Assembly (NCBI GenBank): GCA_964016885.1
Contig: OZ024743.1
Span: forward strand, 266,972,001 to 267,036,000
Length of the DNA: 64,000 nt
DNA from: Eledone cirrhosa
Lineage: Eukaryota
Direction: 5' to 3'
Part shown: positions 14,086-27,804 of the stretch, in pieces
How the letters are laid out: every line of letters begins with the position of its first letter
Numbering within the stretch: position 1 is the first letter of the stretch
Translations under genes and position numbers: made by a program
Notes under the pieces: generated by a model
What the model was told of the DNA's origin: nothing
Database searches by the model: none
The model's input: only the letters and a program-made list of their open reading frames with translations

Positions 14086-15160
14086 TAATATTTTAATCGA
14101 TTCCATTATTTCAATAATAATATGCATTTGTTTTAGTTGCATGGGGGTATCATTGTCTCTGATACTAGCGTCCAGGGACACGGCATCACACCCTTAGACT
14201 AAATGTTTCAGGGATTATCGGTGGTTAGGTGTGCAGATTTACGGTCTTTTCAGACACTCTTGTTTACGGATTGAGGCATTAAATGGTCCAATTTAAGTGT
14301 GAATATATATATATATATATATATGACGGTTTAACCATCGTCTAAGTGTGTATGGCCTATAACGTATGTTGTAGCTCTGGTTCGTCAGAATTATTGAGCG
14401 CTGGCCACACATCTCGGAAGTGTTTTTCGCTAATTCCAAAGCCGAAAAACGATTCTCGCTAATTTATATATATATATATATATATATATGTGTATGTGTG
14501 TGTGTGTATGTGTGTGTGTGTGCACCCGTGCGTGTGTGTGTGTATGTGTGTGTGTGTGCACCCGTGCGTGTGTGTATGTATGTTCTGTGTGTGCATTTGT
14601 AGTTACACAACAAAAGAACTATTGGAATTTTTGCTCTTTACCAAATTTAGAACCTTAGTGTGATTCTTCGTTTTACATTCAATCGATGCTCAGAGAATTA
14701 GAAACCGAGTCCATTTTTATTTATTTTGTCTACAAATATGGAGATCTGAGACAACAATATAAATAAATGAATTTTAGATTGTTTATTTAATTATTAAATA
14801 AACTGACTAAAAATGTTATACATATATATTGCCCATATTGAAATACAATTGTTAAATAACAACATTATTATTTAAGATACTGTCTGATGAAATTGCGTTA
14901 GTTGTTGGATGATGATTGATTTGTGTAACCATGGGAGTATGGAAATATGTTTAACGGCTGATTCTAACTAATATGACATCTGGCCTTCGCAATTTTTATT
15001 ATTGTACATCTACTCCATCATGGACTAACAGATCACATTTAGAAGGATACGCGTGTCGTTGAGTGCTTGAATATAAGTGCATCATGATCATCGTTTACTG
15101 ATTGTTGTGTTGCATACAACACAGCCCTGTTGTTCAACAATGTATACAAAATTATATATG

Positions 15161-15199
<39 letters not shown>

Positions 15200-15203
<4 letters not shown>

Positions 15204-16415
15204 AAGTAAGTCCTTCGTCAGTGGCCTTCCAACCGTCCTAGGCATTTCATCACATTAAAGGCCATATACCTCAGGTTGGTGCGAACAACGGATAAAAAAA
15301 GTCGTTGGGACACGTAAATAAAGGGGACGCTAGGGTGAACAAACAAAATGGTTTAAGCAACAGAAAGTGAGAAGAAAGAGACAAGTCCCAGATTTCTATG
15401 AATATAAACTCGGTGAAATCGTGAACGAGAGAATAAAGACCATCAAACCTGGTTGAAATGTGAGCAAGGAAGGAATTTCGCACAGGTCTAACAGGAGGAA
15501 GAAGGGGTCTGGTCTGCGAATTCGGTAAACATAAGTTCTGTGAAGTCGCAGACGAGAGAGAGAGAGAGAAAAAAAATTCATACCGGCTTGGCCAAGAGCG
15601 CGCGAGAAAAGAATTCGGACAGGTCAAACGGGAAGAAAGAGGAGGAGGAGGAGAGGTGGTGACAGAGAATGAGTGAGTGAAAGTTGAGGAAGAGGCTAAC
15701 AGATGAAATGCCTAGGACGGTTGGAAGGCCACTGACGAAGGACTTAATTTTTTATATGTAACCCATTTGCAACGCCGCAGCTCCATTATTATCATATTTA
15801 CACATACATTTTTTCCTCTGCTGCCACCCGTCTGTTTCGTTCTTTGTATCTTTACCCTTTCTAGCAGTCTCTCACTCTCTGTTAACCTCTTCCTCAGCTT
15901 TCACTCTCATTCTCTGTCACCACCTCTCCTCCTCCTCCTCTTTCTTCCCGTTTGACCTGTCCGAATTCTTTTCTCGCGCGTCCTTGGCCAAGCCGGTATG
16001 AATTTTTTTCTCCCTCTCCCTCTCGTCTGCGACTTCACAGAACCTATGTTTACCGAATTCGCAGACCAGACCCCTTCTTCCTCCCGTTAGACCTGTGCGA
16101 AATTCCTTCCTTGCTCACATTTCAACCAGGTTTGATGGTCTTTAGTCTCTCGTTCACGATTTCACCGAGTTTATATTCATAGAAATCTGGGACTTGTCTC
16201 TTTCTAATCACTTTCTGTTGCTTAAACCATTTTGTTTGTTCACCCTAGCGTCCCCTTTATTTACGTGTCCCAACGACTTTTTTTAGCCATTGTTCGCACC
16301 AACCTGAGGTATATGGCATTTAAAGTGATGAAATGCCTAGGACGGTTGGAAGGCCACTGACGAAGGACTTACTTTTTCATATGTAACCCATTTGCAACAT
16401 CGCAGCTCCATTATT

Positions 16416-16420
<5 letters not shown>
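15200..16420 (+). mobile_element. Non-coding Penelope-like insertion in (TA)n: inverted copy + 625-bp partial tandem unit + ~38-bp tail
   Basis: 15200-15703 is the reverse complement of 15878-16378; 15702-15797 directly repeated at 16327-16422; CTGACGAAG motif at 15732 and 16357. Confidence 0.75.
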
Positions 16421-16465
<45 letters not shown>

Positions 16466-16821
16466 TGAGTTATAAACTCGAAATAGTATTTTACAATTAA
16501 ATAGCTCAAAGACGGAAATATTTCCGAGCCGTATAATACAAATGAATATATGAGGGATGAACACCTATGCAATTATACATGTGTTTCAATTACGTATTAC
16601 TAAGTTAGCTAGGTTGAAAAATACTAATTTAACATAATATGGTTTGCTAGTCTCGATTTAAAATTATAAATCAATAAAAACAACATATATAAATATATAT
16701 ATATAAATATATAGTAATAATAATAAAGTTGAAGACTAAAATCCTCGAGAAGGATAAATATATATCAAATATATAAGAACTGTAGAGTAAATATTTATTA
16801 AAATAATAGATTAAAGTTTAG

Positions 16822-16874
16822 AAGTTTCAGAAGATCCCGTTAAGGATGAAAGCAGCGATTCTTTGCTTAAACTT
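16822..16874 (+). ncRNA. Type I hammerhead-ribozyme-like motif, probably inactive (U4>A)
   Basis: aagttt CAGAAGA tcccgttaaggat GAAA GCA..TGC TT aaactt: stems I, II and III plus core in correct order. Confidence 0.6.
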
Positions 16875-16884
16875 TAATCCGTTA

Positions 16885-16934
<50 letters not shown>

Positions 16935-16939
16935 AACAA

Positions 16940-17282
<343 letters not shown>

Positions 17283-17848
17283 CTTTGATAGATATCGGTA
17301 AATAAAAAATTAAGAAAAGCAGTGCTCGAAATGTCGGAAAACAGCTTATTTAGCGTAAACAAAGTTTCATATACTTAACATGCATGTGCTACCATTGGTT
17401 TCGAGGTCCAGTCATGGCCACCTCTGTATAGTAGAGTAGCCACTTTTAAACTAGCCCTTTTCAGTCACGTTTACAAAAATATGAAAAAAGGAAGTTGATG
17501 TTACTAGGCCACATCTCACTTCTAATAGTAGACATCTCTATTCCATGCGTGGTAGGCAGTCATGTACTGAAATCTGTTTGTATATCATTTAATCAAATTG
17601 TTGTTGTTAAAAAGGTAGGGGGAATAAAAGAAAATAATTCGGGCTTTATCAGGTAGATAATTTGATGTATGTAAACGTACACACACGGACACAGGTGATG
17701 AATAATTAAGAGTGATACATAGATAGACATAGATTTTCACGGACAGGTGTGCTTGCACATTGGACACAACTGTACAGGTAGCCATACATGCATCTCTGCA
17801 TACATATATATACAAGCACATATCATGAACATACTCAAACATACCCAA

Positions 17849-17902
<54 letters not shown>

Positions 17903-18036
17903 CTAGATATACATGACTTGCATGATCGCGAACATGAATATTCACTCCACATTTGTGTCATTATCGTGGCTTCACTAATTTTAAGGATTTGAGACGTAGG
18001 AGATTATCTATGTGCTTAGTGTGCTCGTTGAGGGTG

Positions 18037-18261
18037 CTAGGAGTATGTGTTGTCTTTTCCTTTGTGATATGGTTTATATGTGCCTGTTAGTAGGTCTGGG
18101 TTGACGTCGGTGAAATTTGAGCTAGTGGTCCGAAACATATCTGATTTTTCGGACCCATGGTTTTTACATATTCCTTTGTTATATTTCGAATACCTGATGA
18201 TATCACCGGATTCACATGGAACCCGGTCATTGAAATGATCATAGTATAATAAACCTTTCAA
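18037..18261 (-). pseudogene. Penelope-like element reverse transcriptase relic (thumb region)
   Basis: NFTDVNPDLLTGTYKPYHKGKD resembles the PLE motif NFLDV.L.L..G.YKPY.KP; next to (TA)n. Confidence 0.55.
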
Positions 18262-19323
18262 GGATTTACACCAGTCCAGCCTCCTGTTATTTTATTTTCA
18301 ATTAACTCCGTATTCGCACCACCAACTACACGAACGAAGACGGGTGAACTGCACTACGTTGAGTATTCTCGACAATATTACACCAAGATTGACCATACGG
18401 AATGACCAATTCTATCCAGTGGTGAACCAACAAACCTAAAGAAATATATATATATATATATACATACATATGTGTATATACCTGTTCATGTATGTAAATG
18501 TATGTAACGATCTCTTCCTCTATATTTCCATTCCTCCATCTGACTCTATCCCACCACAAACACAAACGCACACTCATTCACTGCGTCATTCTACTAGCGA
18601 TATAAACAAAAATAAATTGTAAAATAAAATTATTTAAATTTGAATGTTGTGAGCTTCATGAATATCTGCCTCTTTCTTATTTATTAATTTTTTCTTTAAT
18701 GTTGTGTTTATTTATATATTTACTCCAGTTTATTTCAATCTTCATGTACTAACTTATCTACACTTCCATAAAATGACAATCTCTTAGCTGAAACCGAATA
18801 GCCAAGCTTTTCTATTTCATAGGAAGACTCTCATGTATCTTTTAATGATGTTGGGTCTATCATAGAACGCATTATAAACTGAAGCATTGTGTTTAAGATT
18901 AAAACCCCCAACTTTCAGAAAACGTCTCCCAAATCCTATCTATTCGACAACAGGCCTTTAATAGAAGGTAGATATATAAAGATTACATCGGAAATTATAT
19001 TTGTGAGATACAAGTTGTCTGATTACTACATTTATTCATTATTGTTGTACATTGTGTACATTTATTCCTCACGTTGATTTTAATGATTTAAGAAAACATA
19101 ATGTGTTACGAAGAGAAAGAAAACAAAGCTACAGCATAGCAATGAGATATGTATACTGTAAGGGATTATATTTTATTGCAGTCGACTCAATATATTTCTT
19201 TAATTTTATGATACCGCATAGAAATATACACATAGATGTCTATGTGTAAGTCGCGTGATACCATAATTGATACCATATTATCTCTTAAATATAATTGTTA
19301 CTCTCTCTCTCTTACTCTCCCTC

Positions 19324-19374
<51 letters not shown>

Positions 19375-19381
19375 ATTTATA

Positions 19382-19432
<51 letters not shown>

Positions 19433-19819
19433 TTCACACGCCACACATATCTCTGCATATTAACTCTCTCTGCCTTTCTTTGTATGCCCACAAAATACAT
19501 CTATCCTACTAGTACGGTTAACATTTCAGCCATCCATTCCAACAAACTACCTATCCATCTTTAATCCAAGCATCTATCCATCTAGCTAACCAACCCGTTC
19601 CCCAGACAACTACACAACCGGGCTATCGTCGTTGCCACGAAAACGGTAGCTCATAATCCAGACAGTGAGCCAGTAAAAATAATCCTCCATTCAGCCAACC
19701 AGCACGTCAGACATCCAATCATCAGACAGCCAACCAGCCAAAAAGCGAACAAGCAGTCAGCCAGCCACTCATGTATATATATATATATTTATATATACAT
19801 ATATATAATCTAAATAACA

Positions 19820-19880
19820 TCAGAGTCGTTCGGAATGCAAGATGCTAAGCAGGGTTGGTCTGGTAAGTGAAGATGAACGA
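19820..19880 (+). pseudogene. Possible degenerate 5S rRNA-derived fragment
   Basis: gctaagcagggttggtctggtaagt resembles 5S GCTAAGCAGGGTCGGGCCTGGTTAGT; short match. Confidence 0.3.
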
Positions 19881-20250
19881 AGCAAATTACAGCTGCTCAG
19901 CGTTACTTGTCAAAATCCAAATGAACTTTTGGACTCTATTCTTCAGTCAATTTAACGTTTCTTCGCAGGGAATACATTACTAAATATATTTACCCCCGCA
20001 AGAAAAATAAGTACAGTTCGTTCGTGCTTCCTTATCTATTTTCTTAACTTTTATTCTTTTTCTTGTGTTTTTTCCTTTTTTCTTTTTTTTTTTTTACCAT
20101 ATTTTACTTATTGATATTAGTTTTGTTTCTTTTTATTCTCAGTTTTCTTTTATGATTGGAGTTAGAAAAGTGAGAGGATGATGACGAGTAGATTACAGTA
20201 GATGGGATAGACATAGATGGAGGAATGGCAATGTATATATACATATATAC

Positions 20251-20315
<65 letters not shown>

Positions 20316-21504
20316 GCGTATGTATGACAAAGACAGAAAGGGAAGGATTGATAGAGAGAGAGAGGGGGAGAGGGAGAGAGAGAGAGAGTGATGAGGAGGA
20401 AAAGAAAAGGGTAGGTCTAGGGAGGAAGTGGTGTCAAAATATCGAGTCGTTTGTTGGTTGGTGGTAGTGATGGATGGTAAGACGTTGCTTGCAAAGCAAG
20501 TGTAAATTATAGAATATTATACAAGTGAGAGTTAATATTATTGATTTCCCTCGCAAAGGCGGAAAGCCAAATCTTTTTGTTTTCTATTTCAAAATATTTA
20601 TAATCAATGTAATTGACCCCCAAAATATTACGGCTATATATATTTTCCATAGTGAAATGTAAAAATAAAATAAATAGAAATATAATGTATTAAAGGAAAA
20701 TATGACCAAAATTCGGACACAAAAGTTTATAAAAACGTTACAAATTGTTTTACTAAAATATTGATCTTATTCGTCCATATTCACACAAACGAGCAAACGT
20801 TTGACATGCTAGAACCAGATGCTACTTTTTTCCGAAGCCTGAGCTCGCTATTTTAAAAAATCACGACAACTTAGAAACTCTAACTCGATATTGCTCTAAA
20901 TAGACTTATGGTTTGAATGTCATTAATCTTTTGGATAAGCATGGACCCCCCACCTCCGCAGAGAAAATATGTATTCAGCTACCTACAATTGTGTATCAAC
21001 AGAACTCTCAGAACAATATTCAATACATTCACTTCAGGCAAAGCAGATATTACTATAACCTCATTATCCACAAATATTGTGCAGAGCTAACGCAGATAAC
21101 CATGTACTAATGTGCTGAAAAGGTGGTCAGTTTACCCACATAAGCAATGGCATCTAGCATGTGCTATATGTGTACATGTAATGATTGAAAAGACAATATT
21201 TCGATACTGTTGCACCAGTGAAAATTACAATGGATGTAAAGATGCATGTAAAATTCCATACCTTCTTCAAAATTCAAGTTATGTCGTATTTCGAATATGA
21301 GATCATCGTATCAGAGATTATCTTTCTTTACATCAAACAATTGATATACTAATGATGATATATTTGTTTTACTCAATGATATAATTATATCGCAATTTGT
21401 CAGTTTCAGACAATAAAAAAGGTGCTGCCCGGTCAAGTATTCTAGCATTTTTTGATTTCGTATATAGTCACAAAGCCAGTAATATTTTGGTAAATGCCAA
21501 GTTC

Positions 21505-21650
21505 ATTAAATCAACTCAAGTACTTGGCTAGTACTTTATTCTATCAATCGTGGTTGGATGAAAGGCAAATTTAACCTTGGTGAGATTTGAATTCAGAATG
21601 TAATGAGCCACAACAATGGCATTTTATCCGACGCGCTTTCAGTTCTGCAC
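21505..21650 (-). mobile_element. Degenerate tRNA-type SINE
   Basis: tactttatt...gatgaaaggcaaatttaacctt...gatttgaa is the reverse complement of the SINE core seen at 40336 and 63878. Confidence 0.55.
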
Positions 21651-22299
21651 ATCCACAATCCTACACTTGCATATCATAGATGATTTATGGTTTTCAATCA
21701 TTACATGTTGGAATGAAATGCAAATTTCGACTTGATGCGGATGAAATCCATGAAAAATCAAGTTAATTTTTCGTTTTTTAGGGAGTTTTTATGTGACATT
21801 TGGTAGCCCACGGAAATTAGAGATATCAGTGAGAATAATCTTCGTCTAGGACAGATTTTGTGAAGTATAAACATAGTTAGGGAGGGGAATGTATGAGGTG
21901 GTTCGTGTAAGGCTTGATGAGATGGGACACAATATGACTGGCGATGAACTAAAGGCGCATGTCAGGAATGCCTGTGGAGTGACAGATGACAAGACAACTC
22001 TGAATACCAGAGGTTACTGTAGTACAGTTACATAAGGAGGAGGTAATTAAATATTGGAAGGCAATTTAATCCCAGGCTCTAAAATTCATCCCTATTCAAT
22101 GTATTCTAATATATTAATTTAGGCACAATCTTTTCGTTGTAGGTATCAGTCAAGCCCATTTCCTGCTACTATATAACGACGAATAGAAAATTAAATCCTT
22201 GCAGGATGTAAAGAGTTTTAATGCAATGCTGCAAGATATTTTGCCAGTCACTATCAGTTCTTCCTCGTCTCAGCCATACGTCTTGAAATACATTAATAA

Positions 22300-23045
22300 C
22301 GGTTTCTAACTTTGGTAAAGGGCCGTAAAATTTGGGGAAGTGCTAAGTCGATTATATCGACTTCAGTACATTACTTTATTGACACTAGGCCGTGACCTAA
22401 TGCCGTAAATCATTTTACCCGACGCTGTAACGATTCTGCATATCTAATATAATTCTCTTCATCATTGACACAATACTTAGAATTTAGAGGAAGGTGGAAT
22501 TCCTTTGTATTAAACTCAGTAATTAACCGGTACTTTATTTTATCGAACGGGTAGTGACGAAATGCAACGTTGATCTGGGTGGGATTTGAACTTAGTAACT
22601 AAATACATGCAACACATTTTGTCCGGCGCTGGAACTATATTGCGAATATACAGCCATTGTCCTTCCTAATGTGATAATAATAATGATTTCTAGTTTAAGC
22701 ACATTGCTAATATTTTGGGGGAGAGGAAATTCGATAATATCGAATTCAATATTTGACTGGTACTGTGGAGAGATAACGGACACTTTGTTCATCCTGTAGG
22801 GAGTAAAGTAATCGCTTATTATGATATTATAGAATACTTAGCCTAAATATTTTCTTTCTTGAATAATGATTTATGACAGCTACATCGATTATATGGAGTT
22901 CATTATTCGATTGGTATTTACTGTATCGGACACGTAGAATCATGAATGTTAAAGGCAAACCTGGTGGATTGTGAAATTAGAATATAAAATGGCTTTACTA
23001 AATACCGCAAGGATTTTTGAGTATCAATCTAGCGATTGCGCCATC
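22300..23045 (-). mobile_element. Cluster of about three degenerate SINE copies (approx. 22300-22440, 22470-22650, 22880-23045)
   Basis: Repeated gtactttattttatcg / gggatttgaac / cattttgtccggcg motifs. Confidence 0.5.
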
Positions 23046-24384
23046 GACTGCTTTCTTTTTTTCAACATGATAATTGCTTAATGCAGTGTCGTAAATTTCA
23101 TGTTTTTATTTCAAGCGTTTTCGTAAAGTATGATGATGTTATTCCAGCCTGGATTTGAAGCAGCACAAATGGCTGCCCAAACCTACATCAGAAAATATCT
23201 GATTGGCACAATGCATCTGTTTGCCCTGGCATGATTATCTTCGTGGGAACAGAATCATTTATACAACCAAACCTGTTGTTACTATAGCTAATATTTACAA
23301 CGTAAACAATAAAATAACAGATTAAAAAAAATATACTGGTTAATTTATTCTTGAATTATTCGTTTGCTTTGCAAGGATGGGAGAGAAGTTCGAGCGCTTA
23401 TGACTTAATGTTTCATCAATTGTAGTATAAGTTTTTATTATAAATGATGGTACTGACTTGCTCTATAGAGTGATTTATAATGATATAGATCGGCGCCAAA
23501 AAATGAGATTAATTTGCTACTAATTATTATTATTATCAATATCTTTAATATAAGGGAGCTGATGGCAGAATTGTTACAACACTGGATAAAATGTGCTGCA
23601 ATAGTTAGTTACAATCCTTTGCGTACTAAGGTCTTCCCCCTGAACATTACTTGATAGTTAATCTAAATCCGTTGACAGGTTTAGCACCAACACTTGGTCG
23701 TTGAGTGCATTTAACTCTTGCATAATGCAAGCATTCAGTACAGGACTGCACCTTGATTTTATTTACACCTCACCTCTCTCCTCCCTCGCCCTCTTTCTCT
23801 GTAACTATCTGCCTATCTATTTATCTATCTTTCTACCAGCATTCATTGTGGCCCTAAAAGGGTTGTAGGCTTTATCATTTCATCCCTAATTAAACAGAAA
23901 CAAATGTAAAATTAGTAGAATAGCAATATACTATATAAGTACGAATATAAAACAGACAAACAGTTAACCTGTATGATGCTATTATTAACATAGCAAAGCA
24001 ATTAGACATGGACATTGAACAGCCGAGCAATAAACAGTCGAATATATGGATCGGATATAACGTCGAAATTCTGCAGGGACAATTTAGCTTGCTCGAAAGA
24101 AAACATTAAAAAATTAGATTACAAAGCTTGATCTCTGAGAAGCAATATATGTTGGAAATTATTGATCCACACTGTCATTCCTGCCCATAATATTTTACAT
24201 TTATCGTTTCAACAAACGATGCAACAAAACAGACATCATCGTATATTCCATAACATACAAACGAATTCTTTGCCATATATCTAAGGAAGAAAACACTGGA
24301 TATTCCATAACTAATAGTGAAGAATGAAAACACTTTTATTACAAATTATTTTAAAATTTTAAAACGAGGGGGGGAAAGGAAAGG

Positions 24385-24690
24385 GTTCGACAAGTAGTGT
24401 TCCGTTTATCTATCAACGCAACAGACTCCTCCTGAAATGTCGTGCACAGACAGTACCAATAACATAATTCACAGTGTGATTCAATGTGACACAGCGTGTG
24501 ACATAGCTATCCATTTTAAATAAAAGTATATCCCATACAACCGACTTACAATCAATTTCCGTCTATCCATTTTCGATCCTTGGACGTGGGTGTATTCTAA
24601 TCTATGTAAAATACAGCTTGCTCAACATTTCACGCGATGGGATCTGACCGGGGAGCTATGAAATGAACCTCTTAAACATTCGGACATGTT
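24385..24690 (-). mobile_element. Degenerate SINE-like element (second family)
   Basis: aatgtgacacagcgtgtgaca...tttccgtctatcc...cttgctcaa...cgcgatgggat layout recalled from cephalopod SINEs; not verified. Confidence 0.35.
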
Positions 24691-25133
24691 ATATCCAGTG
24701 CAAATGATAATACTCTTCAGAAAGATACATAAGTAAATATTTTTGTTGTTGACGAAATTATGAGGTATTAGTTGAAATAGAGAATCCCACCGAAACATTT
24801 TCATAGATCAGAAACTGAAAATATATCATATAAGACATATACGCAGCTTAATAATATACCATACGTTGGATTGGGTGACATGCTGCATGGGTGGCAAATG
24901 TAAACCAATAACGTATCTTCAAATATCATAATAGCTTACACCTTATAGATATATATATACACAGAGCAAATATTTGTTTTTACAGATACGCAAGGATAGA
25001 GGTGTAAAAACTAGGGTTTAAAATGAATACCAAATTATAAGTAAACACCTACACCATTATACAATATGTATATATATATATATATGTTTGTGTGTGTCTG
25101 TGCTTTTGTATTATATTATATTAGTCGATCGGC

Positions 25134-25231
<98 letters not shown>

Positions 25232-25763
25232 CTATATTTCTATTGGTTCTGCAACATAGCGTTATACACATGTATGTACGAGTTGAATATCGATTGGTTA
25301 AGAAAAGAATTTGAAAGATTATCACTATGTATATTTAAGGTTGAAACCAACGTCACACACCTCATCGCTCAACAGGTGTTAGGAAATAATCGACATTGCG
25401 TTGTTTCATGCTCGTTTGTGCTTATCGAGATAACATATCGTCCTATTTCTGCTGAGATTAAAATAAGCTAGAATCATAGATTTTTAGATTATGTATAAGA
25501 GCTAATGTAGTTCGTTTGCATACAGAGTGGGAGCGGACTCCGATTTAAAATGAAAAAGCTCATATCTATATGAATATAAGCGGTGTAACCGAGACTGCAC
25601 CATCATGTATTAATATATACAAGTGCTTAATTGTGCAGGCCTGTAAACATACCTGCAAATATGTATCACTCTGAAAATTAACATAAAAGATAAGCTTCTT
25701 TTAACCAAATTTCGTGAGGATGTGTATAGCTCTCAATCAACCACAAGGAAACATGTATTTGAT

Positions 25764-25799
<36 letters not shown>

Positions 25800-25803
<4 letters not shown>

Positions 25804-26306
25804 TTTGTATTTCTAAAGAAATACGGTTTTAGGAAGCTATAGCCATGCAAACACCGAGGCTAACGCCTTCTGGTGGTGTCAAGCAGAAGAAAGCGGGACA
25901 ACCGTCAGGCTTGACTGGCCTTCGTCAGGACAGTCCATCCGACCGCTTGCTACTGCTGGACTTGAAATCAGTCGAGAATATATAGTTTTCTCGTCTGTGT
26001 AAATGAAGTGATTAATCTTATTCGGATATGACTACATATTTTGGCTCAACCACCTCATTTACACAGACGAGAAAACTATATATTCTAGACTGTTTTCAAG
26101 TCCAGCAGTAGCAAGCGTGGGAGGGACCGTCCTGACGAAGGCCAATCAAGCCTGACGGTTGTCCCCCTGCTTCTGCTGGAAACCACCACAGGAGGTTACC
26201 CGGGTGCTTGCATAACTACGGCTTCCTAAAACCGTATTTCTTCAGAAATACGAAATTTCTATACATATTGTATAAAGCTATGCTTGAAGCGATATCTTAT
26301 TTCTCT
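25800..26306 (+). repeat. Imperfect ~210-bp-arm inverted repeat + tail in (TA)n
   Basis: 25800-26013 pairs with 26048-26258; 34-nt loop; tail to 26306; CTGACGAAGGC at 26132. Confidence 0.85.
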
Positions 26307-26322
26307 TATATATATATATATA

Positions 26323-26750
26323 TATATATTGGTAAACGGAATAGAAAATGCTGACAAATTGTTCACAGTTGAAAAATGGTTTAATTAGGAATAAAAGAGT
26401 ATTAGTGATTGTATGGGTTAGTATTCAGTTGTGGTTTTAAGTTTTTAAGTTTTTACCGGTTGCGCATTTCTAAATGCTTTTCAAAAATAATTTTGAGATA
26501 GAGTGTCCGTGCTGATCAGAGCAAACAGCACGGACACTCTATCTCAAAATTAATTTTGAAAAGCATTTAGAAATGCGCAACCGGTAAAAACTTAAAAACT
26601 TAAAACCACAACTGAATACTAACCCATACAATCACTAATACTCTTTTATTCCTAATTAAACCATTTTTCAACTGTGAACAATTTGTCAGCATTTTCTATT
26701 CCGTTTACCAATATATAATAACTTGTGTGTTACACCTCTATTCTTTTAAC
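26323..26750 (+). repeat. Near-perfect 192-bp-arm hairpin + 33-bp tail in (TA)n
   Basis: 26323-26514 pairs with 26526-26717 (one mismatch seen), 11-nt loop atcagagcaaa. Confidence 0.92.
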
Positions 26751-26770
26751 TATATATATATATATATATA

Positions 26771-26876
26771 TCCTGATGATTTCCTTGCACTGAAACAGTT
26801 CTATATTAAAAATGTATATTCTGTTAGGTATTGAGTACCTTACTTATTGTGGTTACCTCCGATTGAACCCGGGATA
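26771..26876 (+). ncRNA. Degenerate hammerhead-like motif with PLE-type 3' end, in (TA)n
   Basis: CTGATGA (26773) ... GAAACAG (26792) ... CTGTT (26821); downstream gtattgagtac shared with 17108. Confidence 0.5.
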
Positions 26877-26964
26877 CACACATATATATATATATATATA
26901 TCAAGGGCGGTGCCCCAGCATGACCGCAGCCGGATGGCTGGAACAGGTGAATGAATAATAGAGT

Positions 26965-27041
<77 letters not shown>

Positions 27042-27330
27042 TCTTGTTCGTCTCTTCAGGCTGACCAGAATCATGTTTATGTATATTTTAATGCCTGGTC
27101 CGTTTTTTCTGTGGAATTGTCTGCAAACGCATTCAGTTTCACTCACACACTTGTATATATAAACACATATCTATATATATATATATATATGTGTGTGTGT
27201 AGACAAATTAAACAGAAATAGCAAAGCAAAAAAGCAAAGGATGCAGTACAATGAAGATAGAATGAGAACCATGAAATAGAAATAGTTAGAGTAAGGAGAG
27301 GAATGAATGGATCAAAAGTGAAAAAAACAA

Positions 27331-27457
<127 letters not shown>

Positions 27458-27804
27458 TAACAACAAAGAGCGCTTAGAACATATACTGCCTATTTGATAA
27501 GTGGAGTGTTACACACTCCCAATTCTCTCCCTTATATATATATATATAAATGTTATTGTGCCTATCGTTTTTACCCGTTAAAACCGGGCATTAAGAACTA
27601 CTGGAGAATGAATTAAAAAAATATTGATTGTAAAGTTAGTGAATTACTGAAAGAAACATGGGTCATATTCTTCACATTCTGGCGAAAAGGGTAGAGCTAC
27701 TCTCATCAACAGGGTAAACGTTCCGGTTGAGAGCTACTCGGTTTTATGTATAATGTTTTCTAATAAAGGCAGCGGTTTTATGTATAATGTTTTCTAATAA
27801 AGGC

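Noticed and set aside
14365-14395. CTGACGAA on the minus strand in a (TA)n-flanked insert (and GAAA motif near 11420)
   Set aside because: Remaining hammerhead core and stems could not be assembled
23149-23235. Possible host terminal exon after ttattccag
   Set aside because: Short, no recognisable protein and no supported partner exons
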